This document shows positions 1-61,770 of a stretch of 64,000 nt of DNA, in pieces. Position 1 is the first letter of the stretch. Each line of letters begins with the position of its first letter. Under the pieces are notes generated by a model, which saw only the letters and a program-made list of their open reading frames with translations, was not told the DNA's origin and did not search any database. Made by a program: the position numbers and the translations under genes. Origin of the DNA: Tubulanus polymorphus (lineage: Eukaryota > Animalia > Nemertea). Where the stretch lies: contig NC_134033.1 in NCBI RefSeq assembly GCF_964204645.1, forward strand, positions 3,306,131 through 3,370,130. Reading direction: 5' to 3'.

Positions 1-89
1 GGTGTATCCAGGATCGAAGGCAGGAGGTCGTCTGTGTATGAAATTTTAGCGCCTTTTGCCGAGCTTTTTCGCGATTTCAATGGAACCTG

Positions 90-142
<53 letters not shown>

Positions 143-556
143 GTCATGTCGTTACTATTTACATAAATGGCCTAGGGGCCGAGGAACGTAGACATTTAGG
201 TAATTATTTAAGGGAGGTAGTTTCAACTATCATCATGAATTGATCATTTTGATGATAACATATGCATTATTTTGAGGAATATAATAATAGACTTTGAAAT
301 TATGAAAAAAAACATTACATTTCCACCGCTAAAGTGCGAATAACTGTAGATAGAAAGATAGATATTTATTTTCGGTAAACTGTACATACAATATGAATGA
401 TAATCGATACAATTGTTTTTCTATTATTTATACATGATGTTGGTTCCAGGGTTCGAGGGATTCAGCGCGAGCCAATAGGCTGGGCCTAGAAGTTTAAGTC
501 GCAGTAAAACCGTGGTTAAACAGCCGATAGGAAATTTAGATTAGTTTTTTCGTCGT

Positions 557-1434
557 TCAAGAAGCTTAATTCATACTTTTCTTGCAGAAATATTCAGTCT
601 GGAATTATTTAGGGGTTACCCAGTTCGCCCGCCGCCGCGCGACATTGTTTTTCTTTCCTCCACTCAATACGTACTCGTATTCAGGCCTCTCGAACCGCGC
701 TCAAACTCAACTCAACTCAAATCGCGCTATTACAATGTCGCTGGAGAATTATCATTCGCGTTAATTCAACGTTCAATGTCAAGAAGCTTAATTCATACTT
801 TTCTTGCAGAAATATTCAGTCTGGAATTATTTAGGGGTTACCCAGTTCGCCCGCCGCCGCGCGACATTGTTTTTCTTTCCTCCACTCAATACGTACTCGT
901 ATTCAGGCCTCTCGAACCGCGCTCAAACTCAACTCAACTCAAATCGCGCTATTACAATGTCGCTGGAGAATTATCATTCGCGTTAATTCAACGTTCAATG
1001 TCAAGAAGCTTAATTCATACTTTTCTTGCAGAAATATTCAGTCTGGAATTATTTAGGGGTTACCCAGTTCGCCCGCCGCCGCGCGACATTGTTTTTCTTT
1101 CCTCCACTCAATACGTACTCGTATTCAGGCCTCTCGAACCGCGCTCAAACTCAACTCAACTCAAATCGCGCTATTACAATGTCGCTGGAGAATTATCATT
1201 CGCGTTAATTCAACGTTCAATGTCAAGAAGCTTAATTCATACTTTTCTTGCAGAAATATTCAGTCTGGAATTATTTAGGGGTTACCCAGTTCGCCCGCCG
1301 CCGCGCGACATTGTTTTTCTTTCCTCCACTCAATACGTACTCGTATTCAGGCCTCTCGAACCGCGCTCAAACTCAACTCAACTCAAATCGCGCTATTACA
1401 ATGTCGCTGGAGAATTATCATTCGCGTTAATTCA
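557..1434. repeat. Tandem repeat, 222-bp unit, about 4 near-identical copies
   Basis: Identical 60-aa ORFs at 582, 804, 1026 and 1248 (222-bp period). Confidence 0.97.
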
Positions 1435-1639
1435 TCGTTCGCGGAAACGATACATACACGATTATCAGAGATTCGTTTCTAATTACGAGTCGTCAATTCT
1501 CTATAGTCACATGATTAATGCACTTGTTCCAGTCGGTCGGGGTCATGTTACCCTGAACTATGTGAACTCTATATATACATTCATTATCACGTATTTTACT
1601 GATTGTAGTCGAGATGTGTTACTGCGGCATGTATGGATT

Positions 1640-2066
1640 CTCCTGTGGTCCACCAGGTGTCGCTAGTAGTTACTCGGTGGACGAGTCTTCCGCGTTTCAA
1701 TTTCTTTTCTATATTTCAATAAGAAACCTGAACTGCGCCAATTTGCGATTCCTCTTTAGGCATGCAATGATCCACCAGGTGTCGCTAGTAGTTACTCTAT
1801 CGTTGGTGGCAAGTGAGGATCCACCTGGTGTCGCTAGTGCGCAGTAGGACATTAACTACTGCTGCAACAGAGGACTCCACTTGTGACAAGTGAGGATCCA
1901 CCTGGTGTCGCTAGTGTGCAGTAGGACATCAACTACTGCGGCAAAAAAGGACTCCACTTGTGGCAAGTGAGCATTCACCAGGTGTCACTAGTGTACAGTA
2001 GGACTTCAATTATTGCTGCAACAGAGGACTCCACTTGTGGCAAATGAGGATCCACCAGTTGTCGCT
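1640..2066 (+). repeat. About 77-bp dispersed tandem repeat (GATCCACCAGGTGTCGCTAGTGTGCAGTAGGACATCAACTACTGCGGCAATAGAGGATTCCACTTGTGGCAAGTGAG)
   Basis: Several units here; same family at 14380-14662(-), 22205-22540, 25577-25640(-), 38335-38802, 40798-41392, 54660-54746(-). Confidence 0.9.
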
Positions 2067-4636
2067 GATTTACACACCATCCTGTGGTTGAGCAGGTAAA
2101 AATGTCCCGTTTCTGCCTTTGTTTGCAGTTATAACACCAGGGGGCAGGTCTGCTGGTGTTCCCCGCTTTAACGGACCCCTGTTTAGTTCGGCATTTAGCT
2201 TAATCGTTCTGTAATATGAGAAACTGCCGGGGGTGGGGAAGGCCGGAATGTAAGATGATTTCCGACCTTTCAATTGTTTTCCGGAGGTACCGATCTCGGC
2301 CAAGGATATGGGAATCGAATGTTCTAACGAGATCCTGCCGACCTTGAATCGGTGTCGATTCGTAACGAATCTGCAGCGCTCTAATTACACGGCGTTCGTT
2401 AACTTCATTCTCGGAAGGGAAATGTTGTTTTACGTGTTTTCACTGTTTGATTTAGAAATGATAGCTACAAGATTTGGGATTTGGTGAGAGAGGGGAAAGA
2501 ATAAGGGGAAGGATGAGATCGCAGCTAGGAGTAGGAAGGGAATGGGAATGGCGAGTGGGATGGGAGATTAGAGAGTGGAAGAAGATTGCAGCTAGGATTA
2601 GGAGAGGGAAGGGAAGGGTGAGATCGCAGCTAGGAGTAGGAAGGGAATGGGAATGGCAAGTGGGATGGAAGACGAGAGAGTGAAAGGAGAAGATTGCAGC
2701 TAGGAGTAGGAGATGGAGGGGGAATGGTGAGTGGGATGGGAGATGAGAGAGTGGAAGGAGGAGACCGAGTAGAAGAGGGAATTGACAGTAATAGGTAGAG
2801 AAGGAGAGAAAGGTGACGTTAGAGGATTAAGATTAGAAATTAATTAGAAGGGGTTTTAAGATTAGCAAAAGAGAATCAAAGAGGGAGAGGAAAGAGAGAA
2901 GAGAGAAGTGTGATAGAAATTAAGAGAGGGAGAGAGATGGGAAGAGGAGAGAGATTAGGAGAGTGAGGTAGAGAGGAGAGGGCAACAGACGTGTGACAGA
3001 GCGGAAGAGGGCGATGAAGAGAAGAAAGATCGAGGGAGTACAGAGATTGATGGAGCAAGAGAAAGAAGAGAGAGTGAGAGGGGAACGAGTGAGAAAGCAG
3101 AGAGAGAGAGGAGAGAGAGAGAGAGACTAGAGATATTGAGAGAGTGATAATTGACGTCTGCTGAATAATTAAACGAATCTCACACACGTACGTCTGTCAA
3201 CAGAACGACGACATTCAGACTTGTGTAAGAATAACAGCGGGCCCGGGGCACACGCACGAGGATTTAGCTAATCTCCGTATCTGATTACGGATTTGAAACT
3301 CCACGATGACATAGTATAGTGTTACCCGGATAAACTGCGTCTGCTATTGAGACGACGATGCTGACCGCCGGTTAGGTATTCTCAAGGTCGGCGGCGGCGG
3401 CGCTTTCATGAATAATGTAATCAGTTTTATCGACGGCGGGAGTTTTTATCGTGGGGCGTCGCGCTACGGTTTTGGAAACGGAATCATTTTGAAGCTGGCG
3501 ACAAAATATCCGACCCCGAGACTTGTACAAGAAGACCCAGGGAGCTCAGTGCTGCCTGATGCAGAAATAACCGAACAATTTTTATCATGTTCTTCATAAA
3601 ACGCAACATTTCACGACGAAATTAAGGGAAATGCCTATAATTTGCGAGTTATCAAGTTGGCGCCACTCGTCTGGAAAACCCGAAAAATGGGGAGAGTCAG
3701 AAAAATCTAGAAAAACTCAAAGACTCAGCAAAAACCTGGAAAACTCATGGAATTCGGATAATGTTATTGGCCGCGTGTTTCTTTATCAATACGTGATTCA
3801 ATGAAAAATGAATGAATTGTAAACATTTTAAACCTTGAAAATTCTCTGATTCACTCGGGGAATTTTGTGTAACTACATGGAAAAAACAGGGAAATCTCGG
3901 GTAATTTGTAAATGGCTCATTTTCAGGTTAATCTGATTACATCCCATTACATCATAACTGCCCTGTCCCCCTCATCCTCCCCTCTGGCGCCCCTCCCTGC
4001 GATTAATACTAAAAGCTCGATATGAACTTGTTTCGAAAATATTCTCCCCGTTTCGACATTTTCGCCATCACTCAAATCGAATACGACGACATTTTCCGAC
4101 ATTTCTGAAGGGATGTATTTCGCGCGCTTCAAAAAAAAAAGCCATCCAAGCACGCATAGCGCACGGGTCCCCGGTGTGAAGGTCATTCAACGCTGCGCGT
4201 CGAGCAGATGCAAGCGCGAGCGAGCGTTCGAATAATTAGAGTGTTTACGGGGGTTTAGTACAGCAGCAGCTATAGCAGTGTATGAGAGTTAGTGTGTGAA
4301 CACAGGCAGCAGATACAATCACATGACTGGAGAGAGAGAGAGAGAGAGAGACAGAGAGAGAGAGTGGAGAGTTCATCAATATAGAGCCTCATACGCAGCA
4401 GCCGTAGCAGCAGCAGCAGCAGCATCATTCCCGGATTATCATACACGCGATATATTTTTCGAGCGAAATTTTCCGGTGAAAATAGATAGATACCCAGCCG
4501 GAGATACGACCGATGAGTTAATCAATCGGCGAGGTCGTTCGTTCGAAAAACTTCGGAAACGATAGGAGAATCGGCGGGGGGAATCGGCGGCGGAGAGAAT
4601 CTGTCGTTCGTGCGGATTCATGGATATACGTAGTAC

Positions 4637-53680
<49,044 letters not shown>

Positions 53681-56600
53681 TCGCGGCGGCGGTGATTCAA
53701 AGATGGCGCTGTCGTCGTCGTCGCTAGTCAAATGGCGCGCGCCCACGTTCGATTTCGTTCGAAAGCCGTTCGGATTCTTAACCTCTCATAGGCGTTCGTT
53801 TCGAGGAGTATACGGTACGCCGTCTAGTGAGCAGACGGCAGAAACGAAGTCGAAAGCGAGCAGACGCCGAAAGCAGCAGACGGCTGTATCTCGATCGAAA
53901 ACCGCCGAAAACGCTCGCCAACTATGGAAGATATCGACTTAAAACGCGGTATATAGAACGTCAAACCCAGAAATCGGAATAACAGAAATTTTAGTCACGA
54001 TCTAGTGGTAATTACGATCACCGATCACCGAATATTCATTGCATACGAGGTTAAGTAAATCTTGTCGATCGAAAGGTGTGCGCCATTTTTCTCTGCGTGG
54101 CTTACTTATAAAACGTTCATAGATAATTAATAATAACGATGATGATGTATTTAATGCTGATATAGAGAGATATTCTTTAAGCGTAAAATGCCATGGATAA
54201 AACTTGCTGCTGAGTTGCTGCGGAGAAATTCTCTCGTCTAAACCGTTACGCCGCGATCAGTTCGAATCGCGAAGTTCATCGGGAAGTTACCGATCGCCGC
54301 CTCCTTACCGTCGGCGTCGTGTGTTGTGGGATTTTGTTTATCGGAATCGTTTTAGGGCGGCCGGGAAAACTTAACGCGAAGATTGTTTCGAACCGGACAT
54401 TGGTAGGGTACGGTAGACTACTCCTAACTCGAATTGTTCACGTTTCTACGATAATTAGCTTTGAATTTCGAACAATTGAAATTCAATCGATGTTCTGTTC
54501 GTCGTGATGAGGTACCACCGCACACCACCAGGTGGCGTGACTGCATTTCTAAGTATCCAATTTTCAAACAAGTTTGAACTGAATTTCTAACCTATGGAAT
54601 CCAAAATGTAAAGAGTCTCTAAAAAGATATAAGAGTTTGGGTACAGTTTTTGCAAGTAACTACTAGCGCACCCGGTGGATCCTCACTTGCCACAAGTGGA
54701 ATCCTAGATCACACTAGTGACACCTGGTGGATCCTCGCTTGCCACAACAGTGCTCTGTACCCCCTGGTTCTAAGATTTATACGCTAGTTCAGCGATGATT
54801 CGAGTTCGAAGAGAAGTCTACCGTAATCTACCCGCAAGACTTATTCTTTCTGCAATGTGCCTAAATGCTTAATCATGTTACGTCGGGGAGTGGTTGAAAA
54901 ATCTCGTAATTCGGGGCTTAAGGTATAGTTATACTTAATAGGTGCAGGTTCCTGAATAAATGCGCGCACAACCGGTAAGGGGTCTTGCGAAGAAATGTTC
55001 TTGCAGTGTTAAGAAAGAAATTTCTAAGTCGAAAATCAAAAAAAGAATCTATAATACGTGAGGACAATTTATATACAGTTTTTACCGGTTAAGCAGAGTT
55101 AAGACTTTATTCACGCGAGGTCGCGGACTACGCGCGGGCAGACGGATTTTTCGTCGTCGCCGCGTCCGAACGAAACAGGAGATGTGTATTTTAATCGCGA
55201 GAAAATAACTATATATTGGTTAACCGATTGCATTTAAAAGAAAAACAAAACAAAAAAACGATTGAAAATAAACGGGCACGTCGAAAAGAGAGAAAGCGCC
55301 CTCTATAATAGCACGTATGTCGTCTGCTACCGCGCGACCGCTTCGTACGGAGACGAGGGCTTGTGAATATTTAATGAGATGGGCGGGGCTCGATCCGTCG
55401 ATCGTTACGGGCATGTGCTGAAGAGTCGTTCGCGCGTATCGAGCAGTGGACGACGCGACGACTGATTGGATGCTTGTGAAGCTCAAATTCAGTGAAACTG
55501 ATTAAGATATCCGTACGTTCACAAACACATATTATTATTATTATTATTATTATAAACGGATGTGTATATTCTCTACTTATCGCATGCATGCGTAGTTTCG
55601 TGTTTTTTCGGTGGTTTTTTCAGGGATATTGCATTTCATTCGAATCTTGAAGTCGTTTTTTTTTTTTTTTTAATTTCAATTTACCTTCGGCGACGAAAGC
55701 CGAGAGAGGTCGGTCGTGCGTTTTAAACGCGATGGAGTCCTCCGGTTCGTTTCGTTACTAGTGAAAAAAGTTCGATATGAATTCATCCCCGAGCGGAGCG
55801 CGGGTTTCTTTCGGAAAAACTAGCTCATACCCTTTCAAGTGCTGGCTAATTGTAATACCCGAAAGTGCTGGTTCGAAAATTTTGAAAAATTCTGCCCCAG
55901 TGTGTAGAATAATGGGCACACTGTATTGCCTCGACACCGCGGTGCGGTGTATCGTTTGTTACAAATGCTGCGCTATGTTTGACAGGTGCTGCCGTCTTTC
56001 AATAGAGATAAAAAACAATTACTAATTATGTAAATACACCGTGCAGTGGTGTACTAGCAAAGTCTATCACCGATTGATACACCGCGCCGCGGTGTAGATG
56101 CACTGAAGGGGTTTACTTCTAGATCGTTGAAAACGATTTATGGGTTGAGAAGTTTTTCTAAAAAAAAAGAAGAAAAACCGCGACCGTTTTCCTCAACACC
56201 GCCAGATCATTCATTTCCCAATAGGTGGCGAAATCTACTTAGCAGATGTCTGCTCGATACGACCATATTTGTTGAGTCCGTCTGCTGCCGTTTTTGTCAC
56301 AAACCGGAACTTCACCTGGTTTTCCAGCGGTTTTTAAACTAATCAGTATTCAACGCACCGCGTTTTGATACCGAATATCAAATCGAAAAAGAAAAACGAA
56401 CACGAATAAATACCCGATATTAATCTCGTTGCCATGACAACCATTTACGTATATCTTTCTCGTATTCCGATTTGAGCGAATTGTTTGTTTTGTTATTTTT
56501 TTGTTTTTAAAATCGCAAAATGGCGATGAATGAATCCTTCGAAATAGTCTTAATCGAAAAGTGAATCGGAAATCGTTTAGAAAAAAAACATGGGTCTTAC

Positions 56601-59600
56601 TTAAAATGTACAGTCAACTTGGTTCTTCGGATTTTGACCGAAAAAAAATGATAATTTTAAATATTGATATTGATGATAGTAATAATGATAATGATGATGA
56701 TGATGATTATTATTATTATTAACATTATGTGTACGAGTATATTATATAAGTAAATGAATAAATGAATAGATATATAAATATATATATGTATAAATAAACA
56801 ATTGCGTAGACCGAGAGGGGACGAGTTGTTGGAGAAAATTTTATTTTCGAAAAAAAGAAAAAGAATAATTGTCTCGTATTAATCGCACTTAAAAAATGAT
56901 AAAACGTATATTAATAATGCGTGTGAAGTGAATTGTTTTGATGTTTGTTTGTATTGATAATTCTCTCTATAGGAATATTATTAGTATTATTATTTCAAAC
57001 AATCTTCTTTACGTATCTATAGTAACTAGTCACCGAGGTTGAAATGTCATCGGGATGGGGAGTCATCGGGGGTGGTGGGGGGGGGGTTGACAACATTTAT
57101 CGGATCTGCGTTTAAAAAAGGGCCATCTCTGATAGCGCGCGATAAAGATTAGAAATGGTTTTCTCTTTTAGAAATTTGTATTTTTTTCGCCTCGAAATTT
57201 GATTTTTCGATTACGAAAAAAGAAATTCGTCGTTGATTTCGTCTAGGGGTGTGTTTATTCGGTTAAAATGGTGCTCTCTGTAATAAATGATCGATTCGTT
57301 AACTTCGATTGATTAGAAATTTTCGTTAATTATACAATTATTATCATTATCATTGATAGTGTCCGTATATTATTATTATTATTATTATTCCTCGGTGCCA
57401 GCTCTCGGTCAACGGTGCATCGATTGCTGTGCCCCGCGTTGAAACGGGGCTCGCATTTAAACAGATTTCTCATCTCGCGTCTCTGAAGAATTGCTATTAT
57501 TTCCTTTTCGTTAACGCGTTCGCTGCTGGTAGTACGGTGCTGCCCCCTATTGCGGCTAGGATCAGCTATGCGTATAGCCTGCTCATAGCGGCAAAGATGG
57601 CTGAACTGTAACTATGAGATATCTCGTAGTGGCAATAATGGCTGAACTGGAACTAAGAGATATCTCGATCTTTGGCGGCGAACGCGATGCTATGCCTGTG
57701 ATTTCATTTTCTCGGCCACCTGGTGGTCGAAAATACTCGCAGCGAAAATTTGAAGAAAAAAAAAATGGTTGTGTTAGAAATTTCTTTTTTCTCTCAAAAG
57801 AGGACCATCTGGAATAAACTGAAAAATACGTGTTGTCGTGTCCCATCGTTGTTTGGTCGTGCCGTTTTAAAATATTACGTAATCTTCCTGTCTGTTGCTT
57901 AAGTAACTCGGTATTTGTGTCCATGACAGCGGTACGCGGTAAATGTTGCTAGAGCGTGTTTGTGAGCGTGTCCGATGAGGTACCGGTGGTGCGCACCAGT
58001 TGGCGCAATGATACACGGTTTCTGTTAGGAGGTATTTTGAATTTTATCGTCGGCTCCCGAAACCAAATATTATCAAAAAAGTCATCGAACGGGTGGAGGA
58101 TCGAAACCTTGCTAATTCAGTAGCCACATTGTCACACACTTAACAATGAATGCAGCCCGTTTCAAATTCCAGCATATATATAAGTCTGGCTCAGTGTATG
58201 ATGAAATTCGTGACTGAAATTCGTGAATGCAGTGACTGAAAATTCGTAAATAGTCGAATTGAAAATTTGTGGTTGCATTTCAAAATTTCAAAAGCGAATT
58301 TCCAAGTAGAAAACTTGTAAATAGTCGAGAGTTCTTTCAGAAAAGGGCAACTTGAGGGTCTTCTGCAAGGCTTACAACGCAGCCTTGCTTGACGCCATTT
58401 GATAATGAAAAAAGTTGATTCGAATTTAATCGGATGTTGAAGAAATTGAAGCGCGCGAACCGCTAGCGACACCCGGCGCTTCCTCACGGAATCCTCGCTC
58501 GCCACGGTACCTCATTACGCGTCAACTCACGAACACACTCCTCGTGAAACGATAATTCTGGCGACTCGAAAGCGTTAGATATGTGAATGCATAAAAAAAG
58601 AATAAAAATAAAAATGCTGGCTACACAGTGGTTCTTTTCTGTGATAAATAATAACGTATGTTTGCGAGGAAAAAAATACGGAAATTATAATAAGATTATA
58701 ATTATAATTATTATTATCATTATTATTATTGTGAGGAAATCAAGATACCATTATGTGATATAGAGAAACTTATTATTATATACAGTATTTGGTGCTTCAA
58801 ACGTGGCTTGGGAAAAATTGTATTATTACATTTTACGCCGGCTGTATCGTAAAGATCCGATACAGGTATCAACCTGTAGCCTGGACCCCGACCCCATTAG
58901 ACGTTCACCGTTTAAGTGCGAAGTGTCGATGATCACTTGAAATTGATCTCGTAAAATGTCTAATGTCCGGTGTTTGTTGTTCATTTTCAATTAAGAATGT
59001 CTTGAGGTGAAGCCCTGAAGTGTGGACGATCAGAAACGGGCGCAATGGTGGTAAAGGGGTTCGGGCTACAGAATGCATCTGCTTCGGTCAGGTCAGAATG
59101 GATATAGCGCAATATCAATGACGATAAACTGGCCTTGTTGCGCTATGTGTCAACGCAAACAGGTTTTTGCCCTTACCCAGTATCGGTCACTGCTTTCGAG
59201 TCGGGGTGAATTTCATCAAAATTTATTCAGAAAAATCTTACAGAAAATTGTTTCTCCGATTGTCAACTCGTCGTAATATTTACGGCAGTGCCAACGCTAA
59301 CGAGTACGCCGATTCTCAACGCGGTGAAATATTCGCGGCAGTCGCTACTGCGCTAAGGCGCGGTTTACTTACGTCACCTTAAACTCAAAACGATCGGTCG
59401 CCGCGTAAACTTCTATTGTAAAATACGCAGCGAGCACTTTTTTCTTTAAAAAAAAAAAAACGTCTCCCGGTTACCGAGATTCGTGCATTGTCTCGAAATA
59501 TTCGCCGCGTTCAAACGAATAAACAGCTCTATATTATACACATACATAGATATATATATATATATAGACACATGATGTAATGTATGCATGGTATGTATGT

Positions 59601-59643
59601 AAGCGTCAGCAGACGGCATTTCGTGCATGTGTAAATATATACG

Positions 59644-59678
<35 letters not shown>

Positions 59679-61345
59679 ACTATCATTATGTATCATACGA
59701 TATAGTTATTATTAGTCCGGCGGTTTCAGATGTCGAAACCGGCCGACTGCTGTGTGGGAGCACTTCGCCCGGATCTGTTTCACCTTTTTGAACTTTCATC
59801 GCACGGACAGACGAATCATTCTAGATATATATGTATATATATATATATATATATATACTAATACAACTACACAAGGACACACTAGTTATACGCATGTTTG
59901 CAGGTTTGTTCGTTTCCGTAGCGGGACGGTGAAAGTGCCGAAATAGTGCCCGGGGGTTTGGGGGGATTGTAACGCTGCTATATTTGTTGAATATATTTAT
60001 CTGTGAAACAGAAATCGGGCGATCGTACGATAACGATATGTAAAACCCGCCGCCGAACGAACAAACCTGCGAAGACGTCACTTATGATTTTATCAGAAAA
60101 TTTACGTCGATACAAATTCGTCGTCGTCGCGCGGAATATTTTCGTCGTTAGCGACCCTCGGTCGGTTTTTTCGAACTAGTTTTTCGCTCGTCGGGTGGCT
60201 GGCTGTGAACGTTATTCAAAACGCTGGGATCAGCCATTTTATATAATGGTACGGATTCCATCCATACATGCTCCTACGGATTTAACCCCGCTTGGACTGC
60301 CCCAGATTTTGTGCAGTCTGTTTTTAGTTAGTAAGAAGCTGAGCAGGTGGATGTAGTTACCTATTGTTACACAAATACTGACCGGTATAAATAGCGTACC
60401 GTGAGTAAGGGGTTAAAGATGTTCAATGTTGAATTAAAGTGAATCAAATTGTTTATATATGTTTCTAATGCTTTGTAGCGGTTAAGGGAAGTCAAAGGGG
60501 AGAACAGTTAAATCAAATTTCGCGTAAATCGATGATCGAAGCGTTGTAATAATCAGTGAGCCTGTGTTCTGAGTTAATCAATAGACATAGTTCTTTTTAA
60601 GGCAGCTGTACTGGATTTGACTAGGAGCCAGTGCTGCAGTTTTGAGTTATGAGTTAACTCTGAACTCAAGATCCAGTTCTACAGAAGCGAGTTAGAGTTA
60701 ACTCTGAACTCAGAATCCAGTTCTACAGTAGTAAGTTATAGTTAACTCTGAATTCATGATCCAGTTCCACAGTTGTGAGTTAGAGTTAACCCTGAGTTAT
60801 GTTCATTTTCCGACGAGTCAAATCTTTACGCGGAGTAAATAATCTTAACCTACATTCGTGGAGCTGGACCAAGTTTTAACTCAAACTCGGGCGTTAACTG
60901 TTTCGGAGCGACGCGCGGAAATCTAGTTTGAAAACGGACTGAAGTCGCGATCGATACTGCGGCCGATTTGCCAAAAAAGGGAAAATTTTTTTCCAGAATT
61001 CAGTTTCTTATCCATAAAATCCTCGTCGGTGCATTTATGTAAATTGTGTATACGGAAAAACCAAAATTGTAAAAAAAAAAAAAATAAGGACGAAAAAACG
61101 CCGCCAAAGTCATGAAGCGTGGTTTTATGTTAAAGTGGCGGTGGGGTGGGGCCGATGGGTGGGCGGGGGCATATTTAATGAGTGATTGACAGATGTCGTG
61201 TAAACTTCACCCTTCGCGGTGGCCATCTTGATGATTTCTTCTACGTATCGGTATTTTTCTTCGCGTAAATAATAAATGTAGACCAAAAAAAAACATTATA
61301 TTATAAATAAATAAATGAAATGTGTACGTTATACATAAATACATA
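53681..61345 (+). other. Putative long 3' UTR of FNDC3 (about 7.6 kb)
   Basis: No credible ORFs; A/U-rich tracts; fewer tandem arrays than the introns; AATAAA cluster at about 61271 and 61306-61315 followed by a GT-rich element at about 61431-61470. The 3' end is inferred. Confidence 0.45.
55829..56113. mobile_element. piggyBac-type MITE copy within the putative 3' UTR
   Basis: ccctttcaagtgctgg...gcactgaagggg. Confidence 0.7.
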
Positions 61346-61349
61346 TATG

Positions 61350-61405
<56 letters not shown>

Positions 61406-61489
61406 TATTAAGATATTGAAGATGACAAGCTTTGTTTGTGCGTGTAAAATGGGTTTATTTGTGTGTGTACCAGGAAAGCGAGGGTAGAT

Positions 61490-61770
61490 TGAGATGACCG
61501 CACGGTTTCTGCGGAGATGACCGCCCGGTTACTGCGGAGATGACCGCACGGTTACTGCGGAGATGACCGCACGGTTACTGCGGAGATGACCGCACGGTTT
61601 CCCTGGAGATGACCGCACGGTTTCTGCGGAGATGACCGCACGGTTACCCCGGAGATGACCGCACGGTTACTGCGGAGATGACCGCACGGTTACTCCGGAG
61701 ATGACCGCACGGTTACTCCGAAGATGACCGCATAGTTTCTGCGACCGGTTTCTGCGGCGATGACCGAACA
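61490..61770. repeat. 23-bp minisatellite (ggagatgaccgcacggttactgc)
   Basis: About 12 units. Confidence 0.93.

Noticed and set aside
1-45. TGT ATC CAG G (CIQ) resembles the end of the upstream exon in vertebrate FNDC3B (QCIQG)
   Set aside because: Followed by AT rather than a GT donor, with an in-frame stop soon after; it looks like a repeat terminus. An additional upstream exon outside the window remains possible.
776-1666. 296-aa ORF
   Set aside because: Product of the 222-bp tandem repeat; no recognisable domain
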